A program made the translations under genes and the position numbers. DNA of 32,000 nt from Chitinolyticbacter meiyuanensis (GTDB lineage Bacteria > Pseudomonadota > Gammaproteobacteria > Burkholderiales > Chitinibacteraceae). Below, piece by piece: positions 27,734-32,000 of the stretch (position 1 is the first letter of the stretch; each line of letters opens with the position of its first letter). The stretch lies in contig NZ_CP041335.1 of the NCBI RefSeq assembly GCF_008033135.1, positions 499,513 through 531,512 of the forward strand. Direction: 5' to 3'. Under the pieces are notes generated by a model. That model was given only the letters and a program-made list of their open reading frames with translations. It did not search any database and was not told where the DNA came from.

Positions 27734-28771
27734 ATGCCTCAGACTTTACGCGTCGGCCTGATCGGTTACGGTTACGCTGGCAAGACCTTCCACGCGCCGC
27801 TGATCGCTGCGACGCCGGGCCTTGATTTCGTGGCGGTGGCGAGCTCGCGCCCGGCCGACGTGATCGCCGACTGGCCCGATGTCGCGGTCAAGACCGATCC
27901 GGCCGCGCTGATCACCCGGCCCGATCTCGATGTGGTGGTCATCGCCACGCCCAATGATACCCATGCGCCGCTGGCGCGTGCCGCGCTTGCCGCCGGCAAG
28001 CACGTGGTGGTCGACAAGCCGTTCACCGTGACGGTGGCCGAAGCCGAGGAGCTGGTGGCCGCAGCGCAGAGCGCCGGCCGCGTGCTGTCGGTGTTCCAGA
28101 ATCGCCGCTGGGATGCGGATTTCCTCGCCTTGAAAGCGCTGATCGCATCCGGCCGGCTGGGCCGCATCACCGAGTTCACCAGCCGTTTCGACCGCTATCG
28201 GCCGCAGGTGCGCCAGCGCTGGCGCGAAGGCGCCGGACCGGGTGCCGGCCTGTGGTACGACCTGGGCCCGCATGTGATCGACCAGGCACTCGATCTTTTC
28301 GGCATGCCGCAGGCGGTCAGCGCCGAGCTGGCGATCCGTCGCGATGGCGGCCTGTCGGTGGATGATGCGCTGGTGGTGCTGCACTACCCGGACAAGCGCG
28401 CGGTGCTGGGCGCCAGCATGCTGGTGTCCGGTGGCACGCCGCGCTTCCTGGTGCATGGCACCGCTGCGAGCTTCATCAAGCACGGGCTTGATGGCCAGGA
28501 GGACCAGCTCAAGGCCGGGTTCGACCCGCGCCACGCCGACTGGGGCATCGATGCCAACGCCGCCACCTTGTTCAGCCACGATGGCGATACGCCGCGGAAC
28601 GAGCCGGTGACGCTGCCGCGTGGCGCCTACCAGGACTACTACGCCGGCGTGCGCGATGCCGTGCTCGGCATTGCGGCCAACCCGGTGCCCGCCACCGAGG
28701 CGGTGCGCAGCATGCGGGTGATCGAGGCCGCAGTCCGCGCCGCCAAGACCGGCAAGCGCGAGAAGCTGTAA
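27734..28771 (+). CDS. Gfo/Idh/MocA family oxidoreductase (YdgJ-like)
   Basis: Start chosen at ATG 27734, with GGAGAG 8 nt upstream; an alternative GTG is at 27725. Rossmann N-terminus LRVGLIGYGYAGKTFHAPLI and ...GKHVVVDKPF.... Confidence 0.85.
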   Translation: MPQTLRVGLIGYGYAGKTFHAPLIAATPGLDFVAVASSRPADVIADWPDVAVKTDPAALITRPDLDVVVIATPNDTHAPLARAALAAGKHVVVDKPFTVTVAEAEELVAAAQSAGRVLSVFQNRRWDADFLALKALIASGRLGRITEFTSRFDRYRPQVRQRWREGAGPGAGLWYDLGPHVIDQALDLFGMPQAVSAELAIRRDGGLSVDDALVVLHYPDKRAVLGASMLVSGGTPRFLVHGTAASFIKHGLDGQEDQLKAGFDPRHADWGIDANAATLFSHDGDTPRNEPVTLPRGAYQDYYAGVRDAVLGIAANPVPATEAVRSMRVIEAAVRAAKTGKREKL

Positions 28772-28785
28772 CGGCGGCAGCCAGC

Positions 28786-28813
28786 AAAAAGGCCGGGGTG
28801 ACCCGGCCTTTTG
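28786..28813. terminator. bidirectional rho-independent terminator
   Basis: AAAAA-GGCCGGG-GTGA-CCCGGCC-TTTT between the convergent stops at 28771 (+) and 28829 (-). Confidence 0.75.
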
Positions 28814-28828
28814 CGATGTCGGGCTGCG

Positions 28829-30445
28829 CTACAGCGTGAAGCGCTGCACGCTGCTGCCAAGGTCATGCGCCAGCGCTTGCAGCCGCCGCGCCGCGCCGCT
28901 GCTGTCCTCGGCGGCCTGGCTCGATGCATGCGCCATCTGCACGATGCGCTCCACATTGCGCGCGATGTCCTGACTGGCGCTCGATTGCTCCTTGAGCGCG
29001 AGCGAGATGTCGTTGGCCACCGCCTCCAGCTCGTGCTGGCCGGACTGGATCTCGCCGATGGCAGCGCCGGCTTCGCGTGCGCCGGCCACGCCGGCGGTGA
29101 CCTGGGCCACCGCCGACTGCATGGTGCCGACTGCTTCGCGCGAGCGCGATTGCGTGGTGGCGATCATTTCGCCGATTTCCTGCGTGGCCCGGCCGGTGCG
29201 CTCGGCCAGCTTGCGTACCTCGTCGGCGACCACGGCGAAGCCGCGACCTGTCTCTCCGGCGCGCGCCGCCTCGATGGCGGCATTCAGCGCCAGCAGGTTG
29301 GTTTGGTCGGCGATCTCCTTGATCACGGCGACGATGCTGGAAATACGGTCGGCCTCGCTGCCGAGTTCATCGATGCGCTGTGCGGCGGCGGTGATGGTCG
29401 TGGCCACCTGGTCGATCTCGCCGCCGACACGAGTGATCACGCGGTTGCCGGCCTCGGCGCGGCGCCCGGCATCGTCGGCCAGTTGGTGAGCGCTGGCGGC
29501 GTTGTCGGATACATGGTTCACCGACACGCTCATTTCCTCGATCGCCGCCGCCATGCTGGCGGCTGCATCGGTCTGGGTGCGAACGCCGCTGGAGAGCTGG
29601 CTGGCGGTGCTGCTCATGCGCTCGGCTTCGCGATCCAGGTCGAGCGCGTTCTCGCGCAGCGAGCGAATCATGTCGGCGAGGCGTTGCCGCACTTCTTCCA
29701 CGGTGGCCATCACGCTGCTGCGATCGCCGGTCTTCACGGTCACCCGATTGGCGAGGTTGCCTTCGGCCAGCGCCTGCATGGCACGGCGCACGTCGGCCGG
29801 ATCGCCGCCGAGCTGGCCCATCACGGTGCGCTGGATGCGCAGGCCCAGCACCAGCCCGACCACGATGGCAGCGATGGTGAGCAAGGCGGACAGCGTCAGC
29901 GCTGTGGCGTTGGCGCGCTTTTGCTCGCCGTGGCGCTCGGCCACGCGCTGGCGTGCCTCACTGGCCCAGGCATTGAGCTCGGCAGTCAGCGGCTGCGAGG
30001 CCTTCACTGCTTCCTCGGTATTGATCTTCTCGCGGGCGACGTCGAGCTGGCCGTTGTCGATATAGAGCGCGATCTCATCCTGCATCTTTTGCTGCAGGCC
30101 ACGCAGCGCCACCACCTTCTGCAGCCGCGCTTCACCCGCAGCATCGCCGGCAACGAGCTTGGCGAGCTGGGCACGGGCGGCATCGAATTCGGCCGGCACG
30201 GCTTTGAGGATGGTCATCGCGGCGGGATTGGCCGGATCGACGAAGAAGCTGCGGATGGCGGTGCTGCTTCGGCTGGCCGCTTCTTCCAGTGCATTCACCG
30301 CGATCAGCTCGGCCTGGTAGTGCTCGACGAAATCGTCGAGTTCGGTCGAGGTCTTGAGCAGCGCCCCCAATGCCAGCAGCGTGGCGATGGTGAACAGAAT
30401 GAAGGCGCCTCCCAGCGAGAACGCCATTTGCTTCGACAGTGTCAT
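28829..30445 (-). CDS. methyl-accepting chemotaxis protein
   Basis: 538-aa ORF with an N-terminal TM, a helical sensor region, a second TM plus HAMP, and the conserved signalling hairpin [41 protein letters not shown]. Confidence 0.92.
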   Translation of the reverse strand: MTLSKQMAFSLGGAFILFTIATLLALGALLKTSTELDDFVEHYQAELIAVNALEEAASRSSTAIRSFFVDPANPAAMTILKAVPAEFDAARAQLAKLVAGDAAGEARLQKVVALRGLQQKMQDEIALYIDNGQLDVAREKINTEEAVKASQPLTAELNAWASEARQRVAERHGEQKRANATALTLSALLTIAAIVVGLVLGLRIQRTVMGQLGGDPADVRRAMQALAEGNLANRVTVKTGDRSSVMATVEEVRQRLADMIRSLRENALDLDREAERMSSTASQLSSGVRTQTDAAASMAAAIEEMSVSVNHVSDNAASAHQLADDAGRRAEAGNRVITRVGGEIDQVATTITAAAQRIDELGSEADRISSIVAVIKEIADQTNLLALNAAIEAARAGETGRGFAVVADEVRKLAERTGRATQEIGEMIATTQSRSREAVGTMQSAVAQVTAGVAGAREAGAAIGEIQSGQHELEAVANDISLALKEQSSASQDIARNVERIVQMAHASSQAAEDSSGAARRLQALAHDLGSSVQRFTL

Positions 30446-30550
30446 CTCTTTGCCCCCTGCATCGGCCGTATTTCGGCTCTGCGATCATCATTGCATGGCG
30501 TCCGTCATCCCAATGTAAAGAAGTCTTGCGCCGCACCGTTCGTCCGAGGA

Positions 30551-30584
30551 CGCACAAATAAATTGTGTGCAATTTATTTGTGCG
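30551..30584. promoter_or_regulatory. perfect 14-bp inverted repeat upstream of ohr (candidate OhrR operator)
   Basis: CGCACAAATAAATT-GTGTGC-AATTTATTTGTGCG, AT-rich arms, ending about 55 nt upstream of the ohr ATG. Confidence 0.7.
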
Positions 30585-30637
30585 TTATGTTTGAGATGCC
30601 CCTTGGAAGTCCTTCCCCATACCCTCAGGAGAACACC

Positions 30638-31063
30638 ATGCCCAGCCAGATCCTCTATACCGCCGAAGCGCGTGCCACCGGTGGCCGCGAAGGCCGCGTG
30701 CAATCGTCGGACCAGGTGCTCGATGTGGCGCTGGCGGTGCCCAAAGCGCTGGGCGGCCCCGGCGGCGAGGCGACCAACCCGGAGCAGCTGTTTGCCGCGG
30801 GCTACGCTGCCTGCTTTGAGTCGGCCGTGCGTTTCGTCGCGCGCCAGGCCGGGGTGAAGATCGAGCAATCGAGCGTGACTGCGCGCGTTAGCATCGGCCC
30901 GCGCGAGGCCGGCGGCTTCGGTCTTGCGGTATCGCTGGAGTTGTCGCTGCCGGGCATTGCCCGCGAACAGGCCGAGACCTTCGCCCGCACTGCGCATGAG
31001 CAGATCTGCCCTTACTCGCATGCCACGCGCGGCAATGTTGACGTCACCGTGACCGTGGCGTGA
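30638..31063 (+). CDS. ohr: organic hydroperoxide resistance protein Ohr (OsmC/Ohr family)
   Basis: 141 aa starting at ATG 30638, with AGGAGAA upstream (MPSQILYTAEARATGGREG...). The two conserved Cys lie in AAGYAACF and ICPYSHATRGN. In the track it is fused to a long antisense shadow ORF (28811..31063). Confidence 0.92.
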   Translation: MPSQILYTAEARATGGREGRVQSSDQVLDVALAVPKALGGPGGEATNPEQLFAAGYAACFESAVRFVARQAGVKIEQSSVTARVSIGPREAGGFGLAVSLELSLPGIAREQAETFARTAHEQICPYSHATRGNVDVTVTVA

Positions 31064-31109
31064 AATCGCGGGCCCGGCAATCCGCCGGGCCCTTTGCCGG
31101 ATTGCCTGG

Positions 31110-31550
31110 ATGACCACGCCTGACTGGCTGCGGCTCGACGCCCAGCTCTGTTTCCGCCTCTACACCGCCTCGCGACTGATGACGCGTTGCTACCAGCCGT
31201 TGCTCGCCGAGCTCGGCCTGACCTATCCGCAGTACCTCGCCATGTTGGTGCTATGGGAAGGGGATGGCGTGACGGTGAAGCAGCTGGGCGAGCGGCTGCG
31301 GCTGGATTCGGGCACGCTCACGCCCCTGCTGAAACGGCTGCAGGCGCTCGACCTGGTGGCGCGTACCCGCCGGCCGGACAACGAGCGTGAACTGGCGGTA
31401 ACGTTGACCGCCGCCGGCCGTGCCTTGCGCGAACGGGCGGCGGAAGTGCCCGCCGCGATGCTGGAGCGCGTTGGGCTGGATGCGGGCGAGGCCGCCGAGC
31501 TGGTGGGCCTGCTCGACAAGCTGACCACCGCTGCGGGTCGCGCCGACTGA
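31110..31550 (+). CDS. ohrR: MarR family organic hydroperoxide sensor/repressor OhrR
   Basis: 146-aa ORF with the sensing Cys in LDAQLCFRLYTASR and the MarR winged helix LTYPQYLAMLVLWE...VKQLGERLRLDSGTLTPLLKRL. Adjacent to ohr. Confidence 0.88.
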   Translation: MTTPDWLRLDAQLCFRLYTASRLMTRCYQPLLAELGLTYPQYLAMLVLWEGDGVTVKQLGERLRLDSGTLTPLLKRLQALDLVARTRRPDNERELAVTLTAAGRALRERAAEVPAAMLERVGLDAGEAAELVGLLDKLTTAAGRAD

Positions 31551-31554
31551 GCGC

Positions 31555-32000
31555 TCAGCGCAGCAGCGAGGGATCGGCGGCGAGCGCGCCGAGGTCGCCC
31601 TGGTCCGGCAGGCGAGGCCGCGCGGGATTGGGGTTTACCCGGCGGATCCAGATGCCGGCGATCCGGTCCGGATATCGCTGGCGCAGCTGGTCATAGATTT
31701 CCGGATCCTGCTCGCCATCGTCGCCGAACAGGTAGAACCGCACCTTGGGCAGCGCCGCCAGCACCGCTTCCAGCCGCGCCGTCTTGTAGCTGCGCTGGTC
31801 GGTCAGCGAGCCTTCGCCCCAGCGCTTGGTCAACAGCACGCCCTGCGGAAACGCCTGGGCGGCGAGAAAGCGCCGCAGGTTGTCGGTGAACTGGCGCGGC
31901 GACGCAGAAAGGTAGAACACCGCCATGGTCGCTGGCTGCGGGTTGCTCGCGGCGATGCGGGTGTAAAGCTCGGCAGTGCCGGCGAAGGCCTGCCGCCCTT
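31555..32000 (-). CDS. DUF2183 / App1-like phosphatase family protein, 3' part (ORF open to the right window edge)
   Basis: The minus-strand frame has no stop between 31927 and 31998, so the ATG at 31926 is probably internal. The sequence ...AVFYLSASPRQFTDNLRRFLAAQAFPQGVLLTKRWG...FYLFGDDGEQDPEIY resembles the HAD-like core of this family. Confidence 0.6.
   Translation of the reverse strand, partial: GRQAFAGTAELYTRIAASNPQPATMAVFYLSASPRQFTDNLRRFLAAQAFPQGVLLTKRWGEGSLTDQRSYKTARLEAVLAALPKVRFYLFGDDGEQDPEIYDQLRQRYPDRIAGIWIRRVNPNPARPRLPDQGDLGALAADPSLLR

Noticed and set aside
25674-28579. ORFs 25674..26393 (+), 26426..26992 (+) and 27746..28579 (-)
   Set aside because: They are antisense to the GH114 fragment, the DUF482 gene and the oxidoreductase gene respectively, and carry no motifs.
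28811-30637. First 600 or so codons of the 750-aa plus-strand ORF 28811..31063
   Set aside because: This part is antisense to the clearly real MCP gene. Only the last 141 codons (from ATG 30638, with an RBS) form the Ohr protein.
31547-31558. 12-bp palindrome CTGAGCGCTCAG spanning both convergent stop codons of ohrR and the DUF2183 gene
   Set aside because: It is most simply a coincidence of two facing TGA codons separated by GCGC. It is too short and has no flanking structure to be called a terminator or a site.

Overview
High-G+C chromosomal window that looks beta-proteobacterial; this is inferred only from gene content and the GroEL sequence. From left to right it holds the following. (1) A complete, translationally coupled four-gene ligase-associated DNA-damage-response operon: MBL-fold exonuclease, ATP-dependent DNA ligase, Lhr-type DEXH helicase and PdeM (493..6501). 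(2) A visibly lower-G+C, partly decayed islet (about 6.5-10.4 kb). It carries membrane ORFs, a frameshifted and 5'-truncated ADP-ribosylglycohydrolase, and a secreted beta/gamma-crystallin-repeat protein, and it ends at the 3' end of tRNA-Ala(CGC). (3) Housekeeping genes: groES-groEL with a sigma32-type promoter plus a perfect CIRCE operator, ygiQ, padR-DUF1700, a GAF protein and a cupin. (4) The main feature, an inovirus-type (filamentous) prophage of about 8.1 kb (17548..25691) inserted inside a GH114 lipoprotein gene. Its two halves can be rejoined by eye across a shared TCCGT core. The prophage carries a small serine recombinase rather than a tyrosine integrase. The reconstructed attP is a near-perfect 24-bp dyad, and an HTH gene has its 3' end crossing attR. 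It also encodes an H-NS-family protein with an AT-hook and shows a strongly over-represented GTGACNGTCAC palindrome. (5) On the right: a DUF482/FemAB-like gene, a Gfo/Idh/MocA oxidoreductase, an MCP, ohr-ohrR with a perfect 14-bp inverted-repeat operator, and a partial DUF2183 gene. No CRISPR array, rRNA or transposase was seen. Many long ORFs in the six-frame track are antisense shadow ORFs typical of high-G+C DNA and are not called.
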